Assembly: GCA_964247055.1 (NCBI GenBank)
Contig: OZ176052.1
Coordinates: 6,324,001-6,388,000 of the forward strand
DNA from: Paragordius varius
Taxonomy: Eukaryota; Animalia; Nematomorpha
Direction: 5' to 3'
DNA: 64,000 nt
A program made the translations under genes and the position numbers. The notes under the pieces were generated by a model that searched no databases, was not told where the DNA came from, and saw nothing but the letters and a program-made list of their open reading frames with translations. Shown here piece by piece: positions 25,966 to 38,200 of this stretch. Within the stretch, counting starts at the first letter, position 1. Every line of letters starts with the position of its first letter.

Positions 25966-28900
25966 CTAGCGTGAATCTCGTGCTGCTACGCAGCCCGAGG
26001 AAGTCCTTCGGACTTCTGGGGGGTAGGGCTATTTGAAATAAGGGACAATTAGATGATCCACTAATGGATCGAAACATTATTTAAAAAGAGGGCCTAAATC
26101 AAAAAAGTGAGTCGACTATGTTCAGCGCGATCAAAAATAAGTAAACAAAAATCATATTTGAAATTGAATGGTCCAACACGTTCTCCAAAAAATTGACTTA
26201 ACCCATTTTTCACACGGGGTGGGCCCGAGCTGGGGACCTAATTCCAAAAAAGGGCGAAGCTATTGTCGGGGCATTCATTAATGATTAAATTTTTTCGATG
26301 TTTGGATTTGAATGGGTTCATCGGTTTTCCGGAAAGAGATCACAAAGTTACATGAGAAATCAGTTTTTAGCGGGTAGCTCATTACCCAGCAGCTATCATC
26401 AAAGAAACGCCTGACTAAAATTTTTGCCTTTTAACAGGGAATACGTGGAATCCATATAGAATTTTTACGGTCTCATACTTCGGTCGAAAAATAGATTTAA
26501 AAAATTATTTTTGTGGACTTGGTTTTTGAAAAAAATGGCATTTTACGGGGGTAGCGGGTAAAAAGAGGGCCTAAATCAAAAAAGTGACTCGACTATGTTC
26601 AGCGCGTTCAAAAATAAGTAAACAAAATTCATATTTGAAATTGGATGGTCCAACACGTTCTCCAAAAAATTGACTTAACCCATTTTTTACACGGGGTGGG
26701 CACGAACTGGGGAGGGGCATTCATTAATGATTATATTTTTTTGATATTTGGATTTGATTGGGTTCACCGGTTTTCCGGAAACAGATCACAAAGTTATATG
26801 AAAAATCAGTTTTTAGCGGGTAGCTCCTTACCCAGCAGCTATCATCAAATAAACGGTGGACTAAAATTTTTGCCTTTTAACAGGGAATACGTGGAATCTT
26901 TATTGAATTTTTACGGTCTCATACCTAGAGAGAAAAATCGATTTAGAAAATTATTTTTGTGGACTTTGTTTTTTGAAAAAAATGGCATTTTACGGGGGGA
27001 GCGGGTAAAAAGAGGGCCTAAATCAAAAAAGTGATTCGACTATGTTTGGCGCAATCGAAAATAACTAAATAAAAATCATATTTGAAATTGAATGGTCCAA
27101 TACGTTCTCCGGAAAATTGTCTCAAAGACACGATTTTTGTGGACTTCTGTTTTCAAAAAAACCCGTTTTTCACACGGGGTGGGCCCGAACTGGGGGCCTA
27201 TTTCAAAAAAAGGGCGAGCTATTGTCGGGGCATTCATTAATGATTATATTTTTTCGATGTTTGGATTTGAATGGGTCTACCGGTTTTCCTGTACCAGATC
27301 ACAAAGCCAGCATTTTCTATTTTTATAAATATATAGATTACCATAAATAATGTATTAATATCCATATATCTTTTAACATCCTATACATATGATAGATACT
27401 CCTTACTCAGCAGCTATCATCAAAGAAACGCTTGACTAAAATTTGTGCCTTTTCACAGTGAATGCGAAAAATCTTTCTCGAATTTTTACAGTCTCATACC
27501 GTGGGCAAAAAAATACAATCAAAAAATTATTTTTGTGGACTTTGTTTTTTTTTTGAAAAAAATGGCATTTTACGGGGGTAGCGGGTAAAAAGAGGGCCTA
27601 AATCAAAAAAGTGAGTCGACTATGTTCGGCGCGATCAAAAATAAGTAAACAAAAATCATATTTGAAATTGAATGGTCCAACACGTTCTCCAAAAAATTGA
27701 CTTAACCCATTTTTCACACGGGGTGGGCCCGAGCTGGGGACCTAATTCCAAAAAAGGGCGAAGCTATTGTCGGGGCATTCATTAATGATTAAATTTTTTC
27801 GATGTTTGGATTTGAATGGGTTCATCGGTTTTCCGGAAAGAGATCACAAAGTTACATGAGAAATCAGTTTTTAGCGGGTAGCTCATTACCCAGCAGCTAT
27901 CATCAAAGAAACGCCCGACTAAAATTTTTGCCTTTTATCAGGGAATACGTGGAATCCATATTGAATTTTTACGGTCTCATACTTCGGTCGAAAAATAGAT
28001 TTAAAAAAAACGTTTTTCCTGTAGATCACAAAGCCAGCATTTTCCATTTTTATAAATATATAGATTACCATAAATAATGTATTAATATCCATATATCTTT
28101 TAACATGCTATGCATATGATAGATACTCCTTACTCAGCATCTATCATCAAAGAAACGCTTGACTAAAATTTTTGCCTTTTAACAGGGAATACGTGGAATC
28201 TTTATTGAATTTTTACGGTCTCATACCTAGGGAGAAAAATCGATTTAGAAAATTATTTTTGTGGACTTGGTTTTTGAAAAAAATGGCATTTTACGGGGGT
28301 AGCGGGTAAAAAGAGGGCCTAAATCAAAAAAGTGACTCGACTATGTTCAGCGCGTTCAAAAATAAGTAAACAAAATTCATATTTGAAATTGGATGGTCCA
28401 ACACGTTCTCCAAAAAATTGACTTAACCCATTTTTTACACGGGGTGGGCACGAACTGGGGAGGGGCATTCATTAATGATTATATTTTTTTGATATTTGGA
28501 TTTGATTGGGTTCACCGGTTTTCCGGAAACAGATCACAAAGTTATATGAAAAATCAGTTTTTAGCGGGTAGCTCCTTACCCAGCAGCTATCATCAAATAA
28601 ACGGTGGACTAAAATTTTTGCCTTTTAACAGGGAATACGTGGAATCTTTATTGAATTTTTACGGTCTCATACCTAGAGAGAAAAATCGATTTAGAAAATT
28701 ATTTTTGTGGACTTTGTTTTTTGAAAAAAATGGCATTTTACGGGGGGAGCGGGTAAAAAGAGGGCCTAAATCAAAAAAGTGATTCGACTATGTTTGGCGC
28801 AATCGAAAATAACTAAATAAAAATCATATTTGAAATTGAATGGTCCAATACGTTCTCCGGAAAATTGTCTCAAAGACACGATTTTTGTGGACTTCTGTTT

Positions 28901-30862
28901 TCAAAAAAACCCGTTTTTCACACGGGGTGGGCCCGAACTGGGGGCCTATTTCAAAAAAAGGGCGAGCTATTGTCGGGGCATTCATTAATGATTATATTTT
29001 TTCGATGTTTGGATTTGAATGGGTCTACCGGTTTTCCTGTACCAGATCACAAAGCCAGCATTTTCTATTTTTATAAATATATAGATTACCATAAATAATG
29101 TATTAATATCCATATATCTTTTAACATCCTATACATATGATAGATACTCCTTACTCAGCAGCTATCATCAAAGAAACGCTTGACTAAAATTTGTGCCTTT
29201 TCACAGTGAATGCGAAAAATCTTTCTCGAATTTTTACAGTCTCATACCGTGGGCAAAAAAATACAATCAAAAAATTATTTTTGTGGACTTTGTTTTTTTT
29301 TTGAAAAAAATGGCATTTTACGGGGGTAGCGGGTAAAAAGAGGGCCTAAATCAAAAAAGTGAGTCGACTATGTTCGGCGCGATCAAAAATAAGTAAACAA
29401 AAATCATATTTGAAATTGAATGGTCCAACACGTTCTCCAAAAAATTGACTTAACCCATTTTTCACACGGGGTGGGCCCGAGCTGGGGACCTAATTCCAAA
29501 AAAGGGCGAAGCTATTGTCGGGGCATTCATTAATGATTAAATTTTTTCGATGTTTGGATTTGAATGGGTTCATCGGTTTTCCGGAAAGAGATCACAAAGT
29601 TACATGAGAAATCAGTTTTTAGCGGGTAGCTCATTACCCAGCAGCTATCATCAAAGAAACGCCCGACTAAAATTTTTGCCTTTTATCAGGGAATACGTGG
29701 AATCCATATTGAATTTTTACGGTCTCATACTTCGGTCGAAAAATAGATTTAAAAAAAACGTTTTTCCTGTAGATCACAAAGCCAGCATTTTCCATTTTTA
29801 TAAATATATAGATTACCATAAATAATGTATTAATATCCATATATCTTTTAACATGCTATGCATATGATAGATACTCCTTACTCAGCATCTATCATCAAAG
29901 AAACGCTTGACTAAAATTTTTGCCTTTTAACAGGGAATACGTGGAATCTTTATTGAATTTTTACGGTCTCATACCTAGGGAGAAAAATCGATTTAGAAAA
30001 TTATTTTTGTGGACTTGGTTTTTGAAAAAAATGGCATTTTACGGGGGTAGCGGGTAAAAAGAGGGCCTAAATCAAAAAAGTGAGTCGACTATGTTCGGCG
30101 CGATCAAAAATAAGTAAACAAAATTCATATTTGAAATTGAATGGTCCAACATGTTCTCCAAAAAATTCACTTAACCCATTTTTCACACGGGGTGGGCCCG
30201 AACTGGGGATCTAATTCCAAAAAAGGGCGAAGCTATTGTCGGGGCATTCATTAATGATTATATTTTTTCGATATTTGGATTTGATTGGGTTCACCGGTTT
30301 TCCGGAAACAGATCACAAAGTTATATGAAAAATCAGTTTTTAGCGGGTAGCTCCTTACCCAGCAGCTATCATCAAATAAACGGTGGACTAAAATTTTTGC
30401 CTTTTAACAGGGAATACGTGGAATCTTTATTGAATTTTTACGGTCTCATACCTAGGGAGAAAAATCGATTTAGAAAATTATTTTTGTGGACTTTGTTTTT
30501 TGAAAAAAATGGCATTTTACGGGGGGAGCGGGTAAAAAGAAGGCCTAAATCAAAAAAGTGACTCGACTATGTTCGGCGCAATCGAAAATAAGTAAACAAA
30601 AATCATATTTGAAATTGAATGGTCCAACACGTTCTCCAAAAAATTGTCTCAAAAACACGATTTTGTGGAATGTTTTCAAAAAAAACCCGTTTTTCATACG
30701 GGGTGGGCCCGAACTGGGGGCCTATTTCAAAAAAAGGGCGAAGCTATTGTCGGGACATTTATTAATGATTATATTTTTTCGATATTTGGATTTGATTGGG
30801 TCTACCGGTTTTCCTATACCAGATCACAAAGCCAGCATTTTCCATTTTTATAAATATATAGA
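25966..30862 (-). mobile_element. Non-autonomous Helitron (4.9 kb) filled with a tandem array
   Basis: On the minus strand it begins A^TC (TCTATATATTTATAAAAA, 30862) and ends CTAG^T (25966). A subterminal hairpin GCTGC-GTA-GCAGC lies about 15 nt from the end. No TSD. The termini match those of the 42442-46537 element. Confidence 0.85.
26080..30850. repeat. Complex tandem array with a 1748-bp higher-order repeat
   Basis: Anchor ggcctaaatcaaaaaagtga at 26091, 26568, 27015, 27595, 28316, 28763, 29343, 30064, 30542 (spacings 477, 447, 580, 721, 447, 580, 721, 478). Identical ORF-track peptides recur 1748 bp apart. Confidence 0.95.
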
Positions 30863-31421
30863 TTTAATTATCTTAAAATAGTAAAATTTATCAAGGCATA
30901 AATTTGGAGTAATATACTAGATGCAATAAATTAATTTTATTTCTCCAAATAATAAATTGGTTTTATTAAAGCCCCTAATTTTGCACAATATGTTTAGTCG
31001 AGAAGCAAAAATTAGTTATGTATCACCATTGTATTTGCTAGCTATATTTAGCATTTTATTGATTATAAAATTTGGTAGTAGGTTAAAATAATTAGTTTAT
31101 TAAATTTGGGATAATATAAAACACAAATATATTTTTTAGCTATAACATCCTTTGTGTTATACTTTTATTCTTTTTATCCTTATTCTCTCCAAAAATAAAA
31201 TTACGGCACATCCTAATTAAATTAATTTAGAGGTCTATCCTTTATTGTTATTTCTATTAAAGGATAATAGAAAAAGGAAAAATACTACAAAACACAAACC
31301 CATTTATTAAATTTTATGTGAAGCGTTTTAACTGTATTAAATTTCTTTATTCACACCACATAAACCAAAAATTTGATAATTCAGAATGTTTGATAATTTT
31401 TTAATTTGTATTAACTAATTT

Positions 31422-32663
31422 ATGGATAAAACTAACGCAACGACCAACGCGACATATGCATTTGGTTCAAAGTTACCATCAAGTCATTACAAGGAATTAG
31501 CTCTCTCAGAAACTATCAATTATTTTTTGGTATATTACATTTTGGTAATGACACCATTTGGAATGTTAGGAAACTTGTATTTATTAATGTCGCTAAACAA
31601 TCTTTGGCGGAAAATAAGGTGCAACAATTGTGTAGACATGCAAAAACAATATAAACGTAATGCCCTTATCATCCTTAATCTCATACTCATTTGTTGTATT
31701 ATTCTGATGGGAATATTACTGTTTTGGCCATATTATTACCTTATAGTGCCGGGATGTGCTAAAACTAATCAAAATTATCTACATGTCCTTTGGTATGGGA
31801 AAATAGAATGGCCCTTGGAGGATACTTTGATTTGTATAACTAATTACCTCATCACCCTAATGTGTTTGGACACGTTTGTTGCTATGAAATACCCCCTGTA
31901 CTATCGTAATAAATACGCTGTATCTAGTTTCGTTTTAGCCATGTCAATTATCCTGATATTTTGCATGTCTTTCATGGTAAACATCCCATTGATATTCTAT
32001 TTTGATATATACCCATCCCTTACATATGCTAAAAAGTATTCACTCAAATTTAACGCTAACATAATGAATTTTAGCCGTATATATGATCCATTTCATGTTG
32101 TATTTATCTATGTAATACCTTGCATCATGATAACTTTCCTCAACTATACCTTTTATGTTTTGTATCGGAAACGATCAAAAGAGCTTATAGCAAGATCAAA
32201 GCGAACTAGTCAATTACAAATATCGCAAATATCATCGTTTGAAAATCAGTCAACCCAAATTAACAAAAATAACTTTCCCCAAAATTCTGAACTTGCCGTA
32301 ACATCCCAAATGTCCCAAAAAATTAATATGATAAAGTATCGTAATCAAGGTTTATTGTTACTAGTTACCGCGCTAAGTTTGGTTACTCTCATATTTTCTA
32401 TTCCATGGGTGATATTTGTTTTTATAAAAAGTGCATTTTGGTCCGAGGCCTCGAAACATTGCAAAGTTCCGTTTCAAACAGTTTCATATTGCTTAGTTTA
32501 TTCAAGATTTTATATATTTCCATACATCATCATTTTTGGGAATATGTATCATCGACGCAAACTCAAGACATTTGTTGGAGACCAATTTAGACGCATTAGC
32601 GACTTTGCACGTAACAGTTCCATACGTCTATTTAGTCCTAACCGAATAAATCCTTCACCTTAA
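31422..32663 (+). CDS. Intronless, divergent rhodopsin-like 7TM receptor (peptide-receptor or chemoreceptor-like)
   Basis: Seven hydrophobic segments: GN in TM1, CLDTFVAMKYP at the end of TM3 (cf. DRY.A...P), YVIP in TM5, FSIPW in TM6, FPYIII in TM7. Confidence 0.85.
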   Translation: MDKTNATTNATYAFGSKLPSSHYKELALSETINYFLVYYILVMTPFGMLGNLYLLMSLNNLWRKIRCNNCVDMQKQYKRNALIILNLILICCIILMGILLFWPYYYLIVPGCAKTNQNYLHVLWYGKIEWPLEDTLICITNYLITLMCLDTFVAMKYPLYYRNKYAVSSFVLAMSIILIFCMSFMVNIPLIFYFDIYPSLTYAKKYSLKFNANIMNFSRIYDPFHVVFIYVIPCIMITFLNYTFYVLYRKRSKELIARSKRTSQLQISQISSFENQSTQINKNNFPQNSELAVTSQMSQKINMIKYRNQGLLLLVTALSLVTLIFSIPWVIFVFIKSAFWSEASKHCKVPFQTVSYCLVYSRFYIFPYIIIFGNMYHRRKLKTFVGDQFRRISDFARNSSIRLFSPNRINPSP

Positions 32664-34419
32664 ATTTGAATAATTATTTAATCATATCAATTATTAATGA
32701 TACACTGTGATTCTTTTCTTTATAAATGCTAAAAAAATCATATTTGGGAGTTTGTGTTTAAATCTTGTTATGGTAAGAATGATTAACTTAAATGCTTAAA
32801 AATGGGATTAAAACACAAACTACCAGGAGCCTAACGTAAGGAAAAGAAGTCTATGAACCTTTACAACAAGCACTAATGTTGAATCAAATATAACCAAATT
32901 ATTGTTATTTTTGATTGAAAGAGTCAACATAACATGGTGGTATCATCGCATTTTGAGGAATAAAATCCAGAAATAGTTTTAGCTCATATGATGAAATTTT
33001 TTATTATTAATTGTTTTACTTACTACTTATTCCCGAGCTCACTCTTCGGCTAGCGATTATGTTTTGAATGTTTCAATGAAGTGCCAGCCCTAAAAATTTT
33101 TAGGGTAAAATAAATTCAAAGAATACTAAATGGGCTTACCATCCATTATCAATATTTTCCAAATTTTGAATAATTTAGATAAAAGTGGTTAGAAAATTGT
33201 CGCAATAATATTGTGTAAAATATTGTAAATAAAAATTTTTTTTTTCATAACTTAATTATTAAATGCATAAGTAGTGATATAAGCCACAAAGCTTTTCCTT
33301 GGTGATACATAATCACTGCTCTAATCGTGCTTCCTAATATGTCTATTGTGGTATCATAGGCATTCCTACTTTTCTATTCTTAAATTTAACATAAATATAT
33401 CCCCTAGAGGGAGCAGTATTATTTTTAAATTTAAAATTAAAAAGAATTATAGAATCTTCATAATAAAGGGAATAATTTTTTAATATTTCTCAAATCATTG
33501 AATTTTTAGTATATTTTGAATCATTTCGATTCTTATTGATATGGATAAAAAACAGTGGTACTCACCAAAAGGCCAAATAAAATATTTTTTATTTTTAGGG
33601 TCGTGCACCATATAATACCGACAAATATTGCATAGCTGTTTGACAGATATACAGATATTTATACTTTAAAGTAACTCTAAAAATTAATTTGGGGCCTAAA
33701 AGGCATAGAAAAAAGGGCCCGTGGGTCGCTTAGACAGCACTGGATTATAAGGTAAAAAATCATTTTACTAGTGCAATATCAGCGTCGATGTGACTTAATC
33801 GACTATATCATTAGTAAACTATAATATTTTTTGTTAAAAACAAAAAATTTAGTCACATATACGATTATTATTGTGGGCGTATTTGAAATGGAGTGGCCCT
33901 CTATGTGCCAAATGGAATATATAACATCATTTAATCCATATATTACAAAAGGTTTCTCATAAAGTTGCGTCAAAACCACTTAATTTTACATGGTCACCTA
34001 TTTAACATAAGTTGCGGCCCTATCCAGTGATTAATTTACAAAAAGCGCTGGACTATAGAAATACCTAAAAGTATTATTGATATTTCATAGTCTCATAGTT
34101 TATGCTAAAAGTACTTTCAAAGCCACTTTATTTTTCAATCGTTTATTCAAAAAATGGGGCTCTATACTGGGATTAATATAAAAAGCCATTAAGATTTTTG
34201 CTTTTTTATATGGAATAAAACCATTATTGATTTTACATAATGGGCCGAAAATGCTTCACAGCTAAGTTATCTTTTTGTGATAATGTATTTTTATAGAGTG
34301 AAGTCCTAACAAGCGGGATGAAAAAAAGCGCCTAGCCATGTTTTCCTTTATCCAGAATATAGATAAACTCTAATTGAATATTTATGAACTCATATGTTTT
34401 CTAAAAATTTACTTTAAAG

Positions 34420-34700
34420 CCGCCTTTTACTATGAATTAAACCACTATTGTTTCAAATAGTTTGCGAGAAAATTTGTTTCAAAAACCTATTTTTGGGAAC
34501 TTATTTTTTTGAAAATATGATATTTTTCGGGAACGGCTTAATACACCTAATTCAAAAAAGTGGGACGACTATGTTTGGCCCATTGGTAAAAAATAAAATA
34601 TTATCATTGAAATGGGTTTACTACAGAAAATTGTCTAAAAGTCATGATTTTGGGTTTTTTTAAAAAAATCCTTATTTACGTACCCTTATAAATAAATAAA
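34420..34700. repeat. Old diverged monomer of the Helitron-internal repeat
   Basis: cctaattcaaaaaagtgggacgactatgtttgg and gaaaattgtctaaaagtcatgattttg resemble the array monomer. A reversed relic is at about 55780-56060. Confidence 0.55.
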
Positions 34701-35210
34701 AAATTCTTTTTTGAATTCGTGGGCCTCCAAGTTTTCCGAAAAATTGCCTTAAAGCCAACATTCTACATTTTATTTATATTGACAACCCTTAAAATCTAGC
34801 AAAACAGGCGGGTTTTTATTGCTGAATTGTTAGACGTTAATATAATATTTATCATTATAAAAGTAGACATGATTTATAGGGGGTAAAAAGTAATATTTCA
34901 ATATGCTGCTATCTTACAACAAAAATATATAATCAAAACTCTCGTTGGCTAATACATATATATAAAATAGAAAATTTTTTGCAATGAATGCAAAAATAAT
35001 GGACCAGATATTCGTGTTTGCAATAAATATCAACTTTTTTTAATTTCTAAATCATGCGCCAGATTTGCTAATAATTGTCCAATTTTAATAATTAACATTT
35101 GTTAAAAGTACTCAATGGGCCAGCTGTTACATGCCGAACCGTGCAGATTATTATAACCTTATGCTTTTACTGGAAAGTCTACTTTGTCGTTTTGGGTTGG
35201 CTATAAGGGA

Positions 35211-38200
35211 ATGTTAAATCTTCGTCGGCATTTAAGCAGATGTGATATCGCAATATGTGGTGCTGGAACCGTTGGTCTTACAGCTGCATGTGCTTTAAGT
35301 TTATATTTTATGTAAATAGTCAGTTTCAAATAGTTATTTTTCGAAAAAAGACATATTATTGTTGGAAAAGTTTCACAAACCCAAAATATACGACATTCAA
35401 AATCCACCTGTAAACTATAGTTATCCAATATATGCCTTGACTTTGCGTAATAAAATATTTTTAGAAAGTAAAATATTTATTCCAAAGTATAGAAATTGGT
35501 GTTTGGCAATTGTTGGAAAAAGGTCGCTTTAAACAAGTCAAGAAAATGCATGTATAAAAATAATTTAGTTTAGATTTGGGACAGTTATTCTAATGCTAGT
35601 CTAACATTTGATGAAATTAATGAAAATGAACCTCTAATGTTTATAATAGAGCAAAATCTTTTAAATGCTGCGCTTCTTTCTTACATTAGCTCCTTTTCCA
35701 ATGTTAAAGTTTCTTTCATATAATATCTAGTTTCTTTACAACCAATCCAATATTAAATACTCAATAGCCGATGATGGTTTTTTTATATTGATATTTAGTT
35801 CATATTGCATTAAATGAAAACGATGTAATTTCGACTCAACTATTGGTATGTCTATCTTTATGTTAACACAGTGTACTAAATCGGGGATGCTTTTAGTTTT
35901 GGCCCTCACAAGTGTTTAAGAGAATTATTTACACTTTTGTTGTAAATGCTCTATGTCAAAAAATGGCAACATTTGCACACATTTTTTTAAATAGTTTTTT
36001 TGATTAAGGCTAAATGTTTCATTTCAAAAAATATCACTAAAATAATTATGAACACATATAAAAGTAAATTAAGATTTTTTAAAAATTTAAGTCTATAGAC
36101 GTGGGTTCCAAAAGTCTCATTTTTTTCCCTTTAAGCTAGTTTTCTTTAAATAATACGCAAAATGCCGATAAGCGATAAAGAGATATGAACTAAATTTTGG
36201 TATCAACTAAAAATATTAATTTTAGCAAAATTTGGTTGAAGCGTAATTCGTACTAGTTCGAGGCATCATGGAAACAGTTTAATCTATGATTTCTATATAA
36301 TTATTACTAAACATTTTTATTGATTATGAAATTTAATTTAAAAATTCGTTTGCCTTCAAATTTTGTGATTTTTGTAAAAAAATACAATTTGTATTTAACA
36401 TATATTTGAAGATGGATAAATATTTCAATCAAAATTCTGGTGTGATAAAAATGTTCAACGTCATCAAATTATATAGAAAAGTATTTTTATTATATCTTAA
36501 TACGTTTTTATACCGTTTTTATCATGTTTCAAAAGTGTATGAAGTTTGCTTCAACAAAATTTTGCTTAAAATAAAATTTTTAAAAAAATATGCATTTTAT
36601 AAAAAATATTTTTAGTTGTGCAAAAATAGCATGAAAAATTCGCGCAATCGGCATATTTACGTTTATTTTTGGAAACTAACCCATTTTATAAAAGCAAAAA
36701 TATTTAGGGATTTCTGAGCCCATATTAAAAATTAATTTTTTATAAAAATTTTGTTTTGCACATTATATTATGATATATTTTATGATATTTTTTGAAATTT
36801 TGTTTAACAAAATATGCGCAAATTTTGTCATTTTCTAATATCGAGCAGTTACCACAAAAGTGTAAATAACTTTTTTAAATCACTTGTGAGGGCTAAAATA
36901 ACCATCAAGATAATTCTGATACTTTTCTTATCAGAATATATATTTTATATGATAAAATCCTTTTTATGAATATATTTAAAAAATTAAACTCTGTGGTACA
37001 GTTATTTTTTGTAAAATTATCTAAAATATTCATATCACTTCATTATCTTCTCATTTTATTGTTCGTGGTGACATATTTGGGTATTTTTATGTCCCAGAGC
37101 TCAATCTTGTAAATAAACTACTGTTTGAATATTATTTGTAACTTCTAGAGTCGAAAATTGGGACAGCTCCAAAAAATGATTGATCTAAATAGTTTATTTT
37201 AAAATCCATTAAGGTTTTGTGTTAAAATGCAGCAAGTTTTCAAAAGTTAATTATTTACATTTCCTATTAATATACATTTTTCCTATTGTATTAGCGATTT
37301 AAAAAATAATGAAAAAATGGCGACGAAAAAGTTTGAAATGAGGATTTTTTAACAATTTTACCGTTTTTTTTAAAATGTATTATGCGCTAAATAGTTAAAG
37401 AAAGCAAATTTTTTAATTCGTATAAGATGTTCGAATTTTAAATTATCTGGGATAAAAATTACCCCAAAAGGTCACGAAGTGTTAAAAAATGACGTCCTCG
37501 CAAATGATATCATAAATGCCTGGGAAACGGTTACCCTGTTATTAGTTTTTATTAATTATGGCTAACTTTTCTGTTATACCTTTAATTTTATATGAAAATA
37601 ATATTTGTCCTTTCATATGACTTGAATCTTAATTTTTGTCACCGTTTTCATAATAATCTATATATTGGTCCATCATTAAAAATAGGTGATAAAATTGTTT
37701 TAAAACCTTGATTTCCTAATTATTACTAATTGTAATGTATTTGATATATCTTTACGGGTTGCCATTTTCATATTATATCTCAATTAATTAATAAGGCCAC
37801 TTTATGGTGTTATATAGTTTCTTTGTATAATTTACTCTCTCTATGAAACATGTTTAAATCACAAAAACCCTTTTCAATCATATAATATTAATAGTCATTT
37901 ATATTTTCTCCGACGGATTCTTTACTAGGTTCGAATAAATAATCTTAATTAAACACTGCATTTATTAATCAAAGTTGTCATAATACGTTTTAAGTTATGT
38001 GATTTTAGACTATGAACAAACTATGGTTGTGGAAGATTTGTTTTTATATATTTATTCAATATAATGGGTTTTTACTCAAAAAATTAAATAAATAAATAAT
38101 TTTATAATACTTTTATTTTTAAAATAAGTTTATCATTATAATAGATTGGTGCTGATGGCCATAACTCAGAAATACGAAAACTAATGAACCCCCCAATATT

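Noticed and set aside
26645-30881. Repeated 70-130 aa ORFs in the arrays (also 43526, 44679)
   Set aside because: They recur with the repeat period, open and close with homopolymer length changes, and resemble no protein.
11768-35798. Non-standard genetic code or frameshifting instead of micro-introns
   Set aside because: Most segments are not multiples of three, all have GT..AG ends, removal restores homology exactly, and the standard code works elsewhere.
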